A stretch of DNA of 64,000 bases from an uncultured Aliarcobacter sp. (GTDB lineage: Bacteria > Campylobacterota > Campylobacteria > Campylobacterales > Arcobacteraceae): positions 128,001 through 192,000 of the forward strand of contig OY781945.1 of the NCBI GenBank assembly GCA_963677435.1, in the 5' to 3' direction. Numbering within the stretch: the stretch's first letter is position 1; each line of letters opens with the position of its first letter. The notes beneath the pieces were generated by a model. It worked only from the letters and a program-made list of their open reading frames with translations, was not told where the DNA came from and did not search any database. This document shows, one piece after another, positions 33,151 through 42,928 of the stretch. Position numbers and translations under genes: made by a program.

Positions 33151-33641
33151 TATTTAATCTCCTTTGGCATTGATATATAATCCACAAAATAAATAGTCTC
33201 ATTTTGATCGTGTTTTTTGATTTTTCCAATATATGATAAAATTCCCAAAGCAGCTTGTAATCCATTCTCACTTTGAGCTGTTACTTGTGTTACAATTAAA
33301 TATCTATCAACACACATTTTTTTTGAATCTAGATATTTTAGCTGATAGTCAAACACTGACATTCTTGAAAAAATATCTTTCACTTTTGTTTCAAGTTCAT
33401 CTTTATTTATATACTCTTTTTCAACTGTTTCTATTTTCTTTTTTGATAACTCAACTTGTTTTTTTAAATTATCTGTTTGCGCTTTTTTTTCTTGTAATAC
33501 AATAGTTAAACTATCTTTTTCATAAGCGATTTTGAAATAAAGTACAGTTTTATATATTAAAAATCCAACTGAATATACTACTAAAGTAAATATACAAATT
33601 TTAGTAATTTTAGAGAGAGTTTTATTACTTATACTAATCAT
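33150..33641 (-). CDS. bitopic membrane protein, PilN/PilO/GspM-like
   Basis: single TM, coiled coil, small alpha/beta domain; position in the locus. Confidence 0.5.
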   Translation of the reverse strand: MISISNKTLSKITKICIFTLVVYSVGFLIYKTVLYFKIAYEKDSLTIVLQEKKAQTDNLKKQVELSKKKIETVEKEYINKDELETKVKDIFSRMSVFDYQLKYLDSKKMCVDRYLIVTQVTAQSENGLQAALGILSYIGKIKKHDQNETIYFVDYISMPKEIK

Positions 33642-34393
33642 TTTAAAACCTCATTTTTATTGCTAATACATTGGGTTAACTCTAAGTATTCTTTTTCACT
33701 CTTATTTAATAAAATCTCTTGTCTTTTTGCTAATTGGCCTTCAATTCTAATTTCTTGATTTAAATTATCTAAAGATTGCTGTTCAAACAATTTTGAAGTT
33801 AATAATTCTAATCCAAAAAATATTGTCCAAAAAACAAAACCTAATATAAAAATTGAATAAAACATTTTTACACTATGTGATTTAAAAGTATCAAGTTCAT
33901 TAAGTGGTTTTACTAAGTCATTAATTTCCCCTAATGATTTAGCAACTACTTCATTTTTTTCATTTTTTGTATTTTGTCTTAAAATATTTTCAACGGCACT
34001 TTTATATTTTGAATTTATTACATAATATATATTTTCAATTGCTCCACCACTTGAAAGCATTGCAATATGTTTTGTAATTAATATAGATTTTATCATATCA
34101 TCTGTAATAAAGTTTTGGTTTATTTTTGCTGAATATACAGTTTTGTGATTAAATAAAATCACATACTCATTTTCTGCAATATGTATCAAAAACTGATTTC
34201 TTCCCAAATGTTTTTTTGATAAAAGATTTAAAGAATATACTTCTTCATTTGTATCATATTTAGAAAGAAATACACTATATTTTTTAAAAGAGTTATATGT
34301 AAACATATTTTGCTCAGAAGCAAACTCATCATTTAAATAAAATGTTTCATTTAAATCTTTTGATGCAAAATCTGTTATTACTAATCGTACCAT
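33638..34393 (-). CDS. bitopic membrane protein, PilM-N/GspL-like alignment subunit
   Basis: cytoplasmic N-domain, one TM, periplasmic coiled coil; directly after the ATPase. Confidence 0.45.
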   Translation of the reverse strand: MVRLVITDFASKDLNETFYLNDEFASEQNMFTYNSFKKYSVFLSKYDTNEEVYSLNLLSKKHLGRNQFLIHIAENEYVILFNHKTVYSAKINQNFITDDMIKSILITKHIAMLSSGGAIENIYYVINSKYKSAVENILRQNTKNEKNEVVAKSLGEINDLVKPLNELDTFKSHSVKMFYSIFILGFVFWTIFFGLELLTSKLFEQQSLDNLNQEIRIEGQLAKRQEILLNKSEKEYLELTQCISNKNEVLK

Positions 34394-36072
34394 ACTTCCT
34401 CCCCTCTAATGATTGCAATTGCATCATCTTTTGTAATAAGTCCTTCATGATATTGAGCCATACAAGCTTTTTCTACAGTCATATATTCAGCAGGGTTTTC
34501 AAAATCTCCACCATGACCTATTTTAAACCTTACAACCTCAGCAATAGGTACCCTGTCTTTAAATCCTGTATGGTTACACTCATCACAACCAACTTTTTTA
34601 AATCCACCTTCTCCATCTTCTTCTTTACAAAATTTGCATAACTTTCTAACTAATCTTTGAGATACAATTCCTCTTAAGTTATCTATAATATCCCCTTCAT
34701 TAATTCCAAGAGAACTTGTCATCCTAGATACCGTTGCAGGTGCAGAGTTTGTATGCATTGTAGAGAATACTAACTGACCTAAGTTTGATGCATTTACAAG
34801 TTGTGAAGCCGTTTGAGGCTCTCTTGTTTCCCCAATCAGAATAATATTTGAATCTTGTCTTAAGATATCAACAACAGCTTCAGGGTAACCATATTTAAAT
34901 TCATCACTTGCACTTGCAAACTCAGATAAATCAATTTGGAAAAATGATTCATCCACATACTCAACAGGATCTTCAATAGTAATAACATATTGTTGTTGTT
35001 TTGCCAATTGTTGTAAAAGTGCATACATCAAGTGAGTTTTCCCTGATCCAACTTGACCTGTAATTAATATCATTCCATTTGCATATTTTGTTAAATTTGA
35101 TAAGATATCAACTGTTTCTTGTGGATAATTTAATCCTCTCAAGTTGTGTGAAACAACTCCTCGTCCACCAATCATCCTCATAACTAATGAAAAATTTAAT
35201 TTTGAGTTTATAAGCCCAAGTCTAAATTTAATATTTTTTTTACCATATTCATAATTTATAACCCCATTGATTGATTCATAATCTGAATCTTCTTGGTCAG
35301 CCATGGTTACCAATCTTCTTTTGATAGTTTTAGCAATTGTTATTGGCATTGTTCCCATATCAACTTTGATACCATCTATTCTAAACCATAAAGATGCATA
35401 TCTACTTGTTTTTTGAATATGTATATCAGATGCTCCAAGTAAAATAGCTTGTCCCATCATTTTGTCAAAATATTTATTTATCTCTTCATCATTTTCTGTG
35501 TCACTATTTGAATTAAAGATAATCTCTCTATCTTCCCCAAATACAGAAGATAAAACACCCTCTCCTAAAACAACTATTTTTGTAAAATAAAATTTACTCA
35601 AAACTTCAAAATCAAGATTTACAACATCTCTTATACCTAAAACTTTGTTTTTTATTTTTTTGTCTTCTAATGTAATTATATACATCGTTGTACATAGTTC
35701 TAGTTTCTTTTCATCTAATTGAAATGATGTATCTTGATAATGTTTTGACAATTCATTATAACTAGCATAATATTCATAACCTAAAGTTTTTACGAATTGT
35801 TCATATTTCTCTTCATTTGCCATTAAATCACCGTATCCACCTTTTAGCTGGAACTTCTCTTTAATAACATCTTCAATTAATATTGCAAGTTGAGTATCTA
35901 TATCTTCACTTTTTCCTAAAAATTCTAAAAATTTATTTTTTTGCTTCTCAAAAATAGCTTTATAATCTGTAGTTTTTGAGATTAGATGTTTTTTATTCTT
36001 TTGATTATTCTGATTTTTCAAAAAAGAAAATTTAGGGACATTTTTAAATGTAGCAAGAATTTTTTTAATCAT
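34381..36072 (-). CDS. PilB/GspE-family extension ATPase
   Basis: ASDIHI, FRIDG, Walker A GQVGSGKT, TIEDPVEY, LRQD..IILIGE, STMHTNSA, SQRLVRKLC, CxxC/CxxC Zn site. Confidence 0.93.
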   Translation of the reverse strand: MIKKILATFKNVPKFSFLKNQNNQKNKKHLISKTTDYKAIFEKQKNKFLEFLGKSEDIDTQLAILIEDVIKEKFQLKGGYGDLMANEEKYEQFVKTLGYEYYASYNELSKHYQDTSFQLDEKKLELCTTMYIITLEDKKIKNKVLGIRDVVNLDFEVLSKFYFTKIVVLGEGVLSSVFGEDREIIFNSNSDTENDEEINKYFDKMMGQAILLGASDIHIQKTSRYASLWFRIDGIKVDMGTMPITIAKTIKRRLVTMADQEDSDYESINGVINYEYGKKNIKFRLGLINSKLNFSLVMRMIGGRGVVSHNLRGLNYPQETVDILSNLTKYANGMILITGQVGSGKTHLMYALLQQLAKQQQYVITIEDPVEYVDESFFQIDLSEFASASDEFKYGYPEAVVDILRQDSNIILIGETREPQTASQLVNASNLGQLVFSTMHTNSAPATVSRMTSSLGINEGDIIDNLRGIVSQRLVRKLCKFCKEEDGEGGFKKVGCDECNHTGFKDRVPIAEVVRFKIGHGGDFENPAEYMTVEKACMAQYHEGLITKDDAIAIIRGEEVWYD

Positions 36073-36083
36073 ATTTCATCTTC

Positions 36084-37100
36084 TTACTTATATAGAGTTT
36101 TAAAGGTAAATGTACTAATAACTAAATTAATAATATCAGAACCAATAATAACCGTAACTAACATAGCAACCATCCAAAACATGAATTTCCATTGTAAAAC
36201 CATATAATTAATATTTTTCTCATACATAGTGTCACAAGTTTGATATAAAGCTTTTGTAACTTCTGAGAAACTAGTTTTACTTAGTTCTGATAGTTTTATA
36301 TCTGCTGTTATGATTGCTGGAAAATTATATTTTTCAAATACAATAAATAACTTCTTATTTCTGTTTATAATGTCAGCTAATTCATAGAAAAATGGTCTTA
36401 ATCCCTCTTTAAAATAGTCCTTTGATAAAATTAATGAAGTTTTATGAAATGAAATACCAGCACTTAACATACCATTTAAAATTCTAAACATAAATCTTCC
36501 ATCTGAAAATGCTTGTGTTTTAAAAACTTTATATAACCAAGCTGGTTTATACTTTTCACAATAAACATATCCAAAAAAGATAAATGCAGTCACAAATATT
36601 GATACTCCTAAACCTGTATATGCAATTTCATAAGTAAAATATTTTGGTATTCCCAAAAATTGCTCAACATCAGGATTCATTTTTCTTAACTGAACTAAAT
36701 CTTTTTGTAACATATCAAGATACAAAATCAAAGCATAAAATGTTCCTATAACTATTGATAAAGGAACAAAAATTGGATTTATCATTTTTAATAATAGATT
36801 TGAATTTGCTTTTTTAAAAGACAATACTAGCTTTAGCCCATCAATTGTACTTGTACTATTTACAACTAAACTAAATTGGAAACTATTTAGAAATTTATGT
36901 TTATGCAAAATTGCTTCAAGTTTATGTTTACCTATTTCCATATCTTTTATTGCAGCCATTAATCTTTTTTTAAAATTAGTCTCTCTTGAAATTTGTTCAC
37001 TGTACAATAATAATGCTCTTCTTGTATTTGAACCATTTTCTAATTTTGTAACTAGATAATCTAATAAAAACTGCTCATATGGATCAGCAAACATACTCAT
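36084..37100 (-). CDS. PilC/GspF-like inner-membrane platform protein
   Basis: two helical cytoplasmic lobes (LENG..; MLSAGIS) with TM helices, between secretin and ATPase. Confidence 0.72.
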   Translation of the reverse strand: MSMFADPYEQFLLDYLVTKLENGSNTRRALLLYSEQISRETNFKKRLMAAIKDMEIGKHKLEAILHKHKFLNSFQFSLVVNSTSTIDGLKLVLSFKKANSNLLLKMINPIFVPLSIVIGTFYALILYLDMLQKDLVQLRKMNPDVEQFLGIPKYFTYEIAYTGLGVSIFVTAFIFFGYVYCEKYKPAWLYKVFKTQAFSDGRFMFRILNGMLSAGISFHKTSLILSKDYFKEGLRPFFYELADIINRNKKLFIVFEKYNFPAIITADIKLSELSKTSFSEVTKALYQTCDTMYEKNINYMVLQWKFMFWMVAMLVTVIIGSDIINLVISTFTFKTLYK

Positions 37101-37102
37101 TA

Positions 37103-38761
37103 TTAAAAGCCTTTTATGTTTTTAAGAGTTACAATATAAACTATTTCTCTTCTAACATAAGATTTTGAATCTGTACCACCTATTGCAAATCCTTCAACAG
37201 GTAAAACACCTTGATAATTTTTAGTATCATCATGCACAATAATTGATCCAACTATTGATGTTTCGCCAAGTCTTATTTCTCTTGAAATATTATAACTTTG
37301 GTCATTATATTGAGGTAATTTTATTGTAGTTCCATCGATACTTACTTGATCAAACTCTATAAGTTTTTTAATTGTTGGTGAAATATTTAAAAATACTTTA
37401 TCTCTAGATATTTTAGCCATTGCTGTAATTGAAGTTCCCTCTTTTAGAGTATTAACCGTAACATCAGATGTTCTTGTATTTGTATCAGAATCAACTGTTG
37501 TTTCGATTTTTTCCACATAATCTGTATTTTGTGTTATTGATTGAACAGTTGGGATATTATTTTTTAGAACTAAAACATTTTTACTATAGTTTAATATTTT
37601 TCCAATTGCATTATTTGCAGTTGCTGTTACTTGAAGAAGTCTTGAAGCATTATCACTTGTAAAACTAAATGCACCATTTTCTCCTAAATTTCTAATAACT
37701 CCTTTTCCTGAATTCGTTTGCCTATCATCAGATATTGTTCCTATTCCATACTCTCTATTTTTATTTAAAAGAAGTTCTACTCTTTCAAACTCAATTACAG
37801 CTTCTTTTGCAAATGATGCTTCATAAGCTTTTGCAATAGTTCTAACTGCACTTTCTACAGAAGTTGTTGATTTTAAGAAAATTAATCCACTGGCTTTATC
37901 AATGTGATATGTTGATATCTTATCTGTTGATATAATATTCTTTAACATTTTATCTAACTCATCATATAGGGCTATTTGAGAGTTGTTTTCAACTTTACTC
38001 TCTCCTGTTGATTCTTGGTTAGAAGTTTGACTTGATGATTTCATATCTAATAATGGAATATTTAATTCAATTACAATATCTTTATATCTTGCGATATTTA
38101 TTACTTCTTTATCATAATCAATATCTACAAAAACATCTTTTGCATGTGATAGTGAGTTTAGAGCATCTTTTAAGTTTTTTGAACTAATACTAATTATACT
38201 ATTTTGAAAATCATCTCTATTATCTATATAACTTCCAATATTTACTTCATATCCAGAAGCAGCTGTTATTAATTTTATTAACTCTTCCACCGAAATTTGA
38301 CCATCAAGAATAAAAGGAATATGTTCTATTGATTGTTTTTTTGTTTCACTTGTACTTAAAAGTTGAACTAAATATATTGAGCCACTTTTTTTAATAAATA
38401 GTTCTTTATCTAGTACTGCATTTAAATATTGATTTAATTCAACAATATTATGTATTTTTATTCTGCTTTTAGGAATTAAAATATCACTACTTTTTAAATA
38501 ATAAAAATTACCATCTAATATTTCCATCTCTTTTAAAATGTCACCTAATGATTTATCATCCAAAATACTGATGTACTCTTTTTTTACTTCTTTTTCATTT
38601 ACTAAAGAGCCAGAATACGATTCCTGTAAACTTTTATACTCTTTTTTGTCAAGAGAGTTTTTTGTATTTGCAATCATTTCTTCATGATAACTTTTTGAGC
38701 TACAACCAGAAAGAAGTAGAGTCAAAATTGTAAAAGATAAAAGATTTCTATATTTTTTCAA
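37103..38761 (-). CDS. lipoprotein secretin (BfpB/TcpC/MshL-like)
   Basis: lipobox LSGC, IDKASGLI, LKEGTSI, IKLPQ..IRLGETSIVG, RREIVYIVT. Confidence 0.82.
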   Translation of the reverse strand: MKKYRNLLSFTILTLLLSGCSSKSYHEEMIANTKNSLDKKEYKSLQESYSGSLVNEKEVKKEYISILDDKSLGDILKEMEILDGNFYYLKSSDILIPKSRIKIHNIVELNQYLNAVLDKELFIKKSGSIYLVQLLSTSETKKQSIEHIPFILDGQISVEELIKLITAASGYEVNIGSYIDNRDDFQNSIISISSKNLKDALNSLSHAKDVFVDIDYDKEVINIARYKDIVIELNIPLLDMKSSSQTSNQESTGESKVENNSQIALYDELDKMLKNIISTDKISTYHIDKASGLIFLKSTTSVESAVRTIAKAYEASFAKEAVIEFERVELLLNKNREYGIGTISDDRQTNSGKGVIRNLGENGAFSFTSDNASRLLQVTATANNAIGKILNYSKNVLVLKNNIPTVQSITQNTDYVEKIETTVDSDTNTRTSDVTVNTLKEGTSITAMAKISRDKVFLNISPTIKKLIEFDQVSIDGTTIKLPQYNDQSYNISREIRLGETSIVGSIIVHDDTKNYQGVLPVEGFAIGGTDSKSYVRREIVYIVTLKNIKGF

Positions 38762-38773
38762 AACATTATTTCC

Positions 38774-41700
38774 TTATTTAAAATAAAATGGATAATCAAA
38801 TCCGCCAATATATGTGGGGTATTCTAAAAACAAACTTCCATTATTGTTATACTCATCAAAAGCCATTTGTACATTTTTTTCACTCTCTTGAGAAATAAAT
38901 AATTTATTTATAGTACTTATTTTAGCAACATCATACAAAGAAGTACTTAAAATTGGAATACTTCTTCCAACATTTCCCCAACAATACATTTGAGATGAGC
39001 TTCCAAGGCCAGTCATTGAACAAATATATGGAACAGTTCTAGTATTTGAACCATTTGAACTTGAACCAGCAGATGAACTACTTTTATTTCCTGTAAGAGT
39101 AAATAATATATTATCCACCCCCCATGAAACAGAATCTATATTTGCATCTTTTATATATGCTCCAAATCCTAATTTTATATTTCCAAATTCATCTAAGTTT
39201 TCTGTTCTTGTAAAATGAAATTTTCTATCTTCAGTATTTCCAGTATTATCAATTTTATTTAATTTGCTAGAAGATACATTATCATCCATAGAATATGTTA
39301 AATATTTTGTTCCATTTATAAAAGTGTAAAATCTATCTATTGTATACCAAATATTATATCTCCAGTCATCAATTCTATAAAAATCATACTCAATAGTTAC
39401 CTCTTTATTTGCATACTCTGATCCAAAGCTAAATACTTTATACACTTCTTCTGAACCATCACTTTCCCCTTGATAATTCGATAAACCCCAAGATTTTCTA
39501 TTAAATCTTCCTAAAAATTTTGTTGCTGTTCCACTATCTGTATAAATTGGATAGTTATAAAATGGATCAGAAGTTGAAGTATAAGGAACTGGACCTTTTG
39601 GTACGATCCAATAATCATGATTTGAATTTTCAAAATTTTCAAAATAAGTTCCACTTGAAAAAGTTGCATTATCTATTTGTCTACTAATCCTTATATTATC
39701 GATTCCAAAAGATTCATTTGTATAATCTTCTCCTAAAACTGCACCAAAACCTAAAGTTGATTTTCCATTTGAATCTAATGTTGTACTAAATGTATAACTA
39801 TGTTTTTGTCCCGTTTGATTCCCTGTATTAGATATTATTCCTAAATCAACTCCAGCTTTTGTATCATAAACATTATTACCTGAATACATATCGGATTGAA
39901 CTAAATTATTATTTATATAAACATAAAATTTCTCAGGAAGTCCATTTGGTCCTCTCCATACTGAATCATCCCCATCCCATGAACCTATCTCATACATATC
40001 AAATGTGATTTTTACATTTTGATTTGCCCATGAACTACCTAAACTAAATGTTTTTTTTACAACTTCACTTCCATCATCTGTTGCAATTCTATTTCTTCCC
40101 AACATTCCTAAAAATTTACTAGCAGTTAATCCTCCATCATGAATATAACTTACATTCCATCCAGAAGTTGAGCTATTTTCAAAATTTTCAACATAATCTT
40201 CTCCATAATCAGCCACTGTTTGATTAATTGTTGATCCAAAAATCGAGATATTTGAGAAATTTGCATATAAATTATTATTTATAGTATTTGTTAAACTATT
40301 AAGTTCATTCATAGCTGATGTAAAAACTGCATTTTCACTACTTGAACAGCTATTAAAATCTTTATCTTTGCAATTTAAAAATTCACTAGAAGCTTGAAGT
40401 TGCATATTTTTATCAATATAAATTAATATTTCTTTAGTCCCATAATCATAGATTGAAGCACTTAATGCACTTCCATCAATTCCTAAATCTTTTATACTTA
40501 AATCTGAATAAGTTCTAAAATATCTATTGTCAACACTCTTAAGAACAAACTCTTTGCTATTTACAAAAATTCCATTTTCATTAAATTTTTTTGAATTTGA
40601 TAAAATTATTGGTTTGTTATAAATTGTACCATTTGGTCTTTCTCCCCAAATCCAAAAATAATTTTGTTCATCTAAAGCACCAAAACATTTTATATCTCTT
40701 AATGCGTAAATCTTTTTAAAAACTTGTCCATTTGTATTTATTACCGTTGGTTCACTTACGGATAAAGTATAATTATCATTTCCAATACCTAATGCCCCTT
40801 TTTCATTTGAGCCAACAGTATAAATTTTACCTGAATCTGATAATGCAGCCCAAGTTCCATCAACCATAACTATATCTTTTAAATAAATTGCATTTGAATT
40901 GTAAATTCCATTCTCTTTTCCAGCTGCTACAACTTTATTTTTTCTTAATATAGAAGTTTCTGTTTGTCCATTTGTATCCAAATAAAAACTATCTGAATTA
41001 ACTGAACCATTACAATATAAATCTCCACCATATTTTTTTGTTGTACCTGCTTCATAATAATCAAAAATAGGAGATATACCACAAACATTTTTATTATTCA
41101 TCGCAACTTTTTCAAATTTAACTCTATAAGGATTGTTGTACCATTTTTTACTAATTAAATCTTGACTCTCAATATTTTCAATCTGTACTTTTAACATTAC
41201 AGGAGTATTTACATAATCTGGCTTTAAATTAGTATCCATCTGACCATAATTTTCAATTCCAGCTTTTTTATATTTATTATCACCCCAACAAAAGATATCC
41301 CCATTTGCAAGCATACAGCCACCATTTATTCTTAAAACTAAATCTTTTGAATCGGGGATGTAAGATAAAATTCTATCAGCAATACTCAACTCACTATCAT
41401 TTTGAGTTAGTGCATCACCCATTCCTGATGGTACCCAATTTTGTGTATCCACATCACCTTGATAATAATATTCATACCAAGAATTATTTTTTTTAACAAA
41501 TGCTTTATCTCCTATATTTGCTTTTACGAATTGCAAGTCATCCCAATTTTCAAGATAAATAGGAGCATCTTGGTATACATCAAATGAATATGTACTTCTA
41601 CAATATTTATATGTTAGTTTTCCATTATTCAACTGATAAAAATAATTATCAGTTGTACACTGTTGATTTGATTGTTTTATATCTTTGTGGTTTGTTTCGT

Positions 41701-42172
41701 TTAAAATTGAAACAATCTGCTTTTGTATATCATTGTATAAAACCTGAGAGCCTATAACTAATTTTTCTTTTGTTATATTTGAAGGAGGTATTGTATTTAC
41801 TCTAAATACTTTATTTATGTAAAAATTATATAAATAATTATACTCAGAATTATAATCCTTCTGATCTTCGATAACTCCCTGAATATAGGCACTATTTTTA
41901 TTATCAAAAGTAACTTTTATATTTTTAGATGTAATGGGATTAAGTTTATTAAAATTAACCCCTAGATATTCTGCTGTTTCTAATTTTTCCCAATCTAAAC
42001 TTTTATCACTTAATTTTGGAATAGTTGCCGTTTGTGCAATATATTTATTTATTGCCAAAGATATATATTCCTCTTTTTGAATAACATCTTTTATATTATT
42101 CATTAAAGATATATTTTCACTTGAAGAAAAAGAAAAATTTATAAAAATTAGTAAAAGAATTAGAGTTTTGAT
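38774..42172 (-). CDS. large exported pilin-head/RCC1-like propeller protein with two internal beta-sandwich repeats (putative adhesin 1)
   Basis: GDIFCWGDN, GKIYTVGSN..GALG, MYCWG; ORF track starts at 42103 but the frame is open to 42172 and encodes a signal peptide. Confidence 0.72.
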   Translation of the reverse strand: MKTLILLLIFINFSFSSSENISLMNNIKDVIQKEEYISLAINKYIAQTATIPKLSDKSLDWEKLETAEYLGVNFNKLNPITSKNIKVTFDNKNSAYIQGVIEDQKDYNSEYNYLYNFYINKVFRVNTIPPSNITKEKLVIGSQVLYNDIQKQIVSILNETNHKDIKQSNQQCTTDNYFYQLNNGKLTYKYCRSTYSFDVYQDAPIYLENWDDLQFVKANIGDKAFVKKNNSWYEYYYQGDVDTQNWVPSGMGDALTQNDSELSIADRILSYIPDSKDLVLRINGGCMLANGDIFCWGDNKYKKAGIENYGQMDTNLKPDYVNTPVMLKVQIENIESQDLISKKWYNNPYRVKFEKVAMNNKNVCGISPIFDYYEAGTTKKYGGDLYCNGSVNSDSFYLDTNGQTETSILRKNKVVAAGKENGIYNSNAIYLKDIVMVDGTWAALSDSGKIYTVGSNEKGALGIGNDNYTLSVSEPTVINTNGQVFKKIYALRDIKCFGALDEQNYFWIWGERPNGTIYNKPIILSNSKKFNENGIFVNSKEFVLKSVDNRYFRTYSDLSIKDLGIDGSALSASIYDYGTKEILIYIDKNMQLQASSEFLNCKDKDFNSCSSSENAVFTSAMNELNSLTNTINNNLYANFSNISIFGSTINQTVADYGEDYVENFENSSTSGWNVSYIHDGGLTASKFLGMLGRNRIATDDGSEVVKKTFSLGSSWANQNVKITFDMYEIGSWDGDDSVWRGPNGLPEKFYVYINNNLVQSDMYSGNNVYDTKAGVDLGIISNTGNQTGQKHSYTFSTTLDSNGKSTLGFGAVLGEDYTNESFGIDNIRISRQIDNATFSSGTYFENFENSNHDYWIVPKGPVPYTSTSDPFYNYPIYTDSGTATKFLGRFNRKSWGLSNYQGESDGSEEVYKVFSFGSEYANKEVTIEYDFYRIDDWRYNIWYTIDRFYTFINGTKYLTYSMDDNVSSSKLNKIDNTGNTEDRKFHFTRTENLDEFGNIKLGFGAYIKDANIDSVSWGVDNILFTLTGNKSSSSAGSSSNGSNTRTVPYICSMTGLGSSSQMYCWGNVGRSIPILSTSLYDVAKISTINKLFISQESEKNVQMAFDEYNNNGSLFLEYPTYIGGFDYPFYFK

Positions 42173-42928
42173 TTAATCCACCTTTAATATTTGTATACTA
42201 TTTGCTACATCAACAAGTTTTATATATTTAGAAACATCTTTAATATATATGTATGACCCTACTGATAAATCAACTATTTTAGGTTCATTAACTAAAACAC
42301 CTGCACTCATGGAAGTTGTGATATTCCCTTTATTAAATTCAATTTTACTATATTCAATCCATTGGGAACTAGCGTTATACCAACGAAAAGTTTTTTGATT
42401 ATTATTACAATATGTATTTATTAAATTTGAACTGCACACTTTTTGTATAGTGTAATTATTTGATAATAGATTAAATATAGTTTTTGCCTCATCACTTTGT
42501 AATTTAATTTCAACATATGATTTATCTAAATCAACTTTCGAATTACTATCTTTTACAAAATACACACTTGTAAAATCTCTATATAAATCTCTGTTATAAA
42601 GTTGTGCAACATACTTATCTGTATTTCTATATTCATCTTTTGTTATTAGATATTTTATTTTTAACTCTTTTGTATTTAGAAAATCTATATCTATTCCCAT
42701 TTTATTTATTTTTGAAAAATTACTTCCTAAATAATCATCAGTTATTAAATTATCTATTGTTGGTAATTTGAATTCAGTTAAAATATATTTTTCAAAGTTT
42801 TTTGCAATATTCTCTTCTATCTCAATTAAATTTTGTACATATAATGTATTTTGATTTTGAGCTAGTAAATTATCATCTGCATTTAAATAAAAGCAAAAAA
42901 TGAAAATTGAGAAAATACTTTTTATCAT
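42173..42928 (-). CDS. exported pilin-head-like protein
   Basis: Sec signal (YLNA), EE.IA..FEKYI...KLPT..L...YLG shared with three paralogues. Confidence 0.6.
   Translation of the reverse strand: MIKSIFSIFIFCFYLNADDNLLAQNQNTLYVQNLIEIEENIAKNFEKYILTEFKLPTIDNLITDDYLGSNFSKINKMGIDIDFLNTKELKIKYLITKDEYRNTDKYVAQLYNRDLYRDFTSVYFVKDSNSKVDLDKSYVEIKLQSDEAKTIFNLLSNNYTIQKVCSSNLINTYCNNNQKTFRWYNASSQWIEYSKIEFNKGNITTSMSAGVLVNEPKIVDLSVGSYIYIKDVSKYIKLVDVANSIQILKVD

Noticed and set aside
34381..38761. Calling the locus a canonical T2SS (gspDEF) or MSHA pilus
   Set aside because: No GspG-K or MshA-type class III prepilins or peptidase; gene symbols withheld
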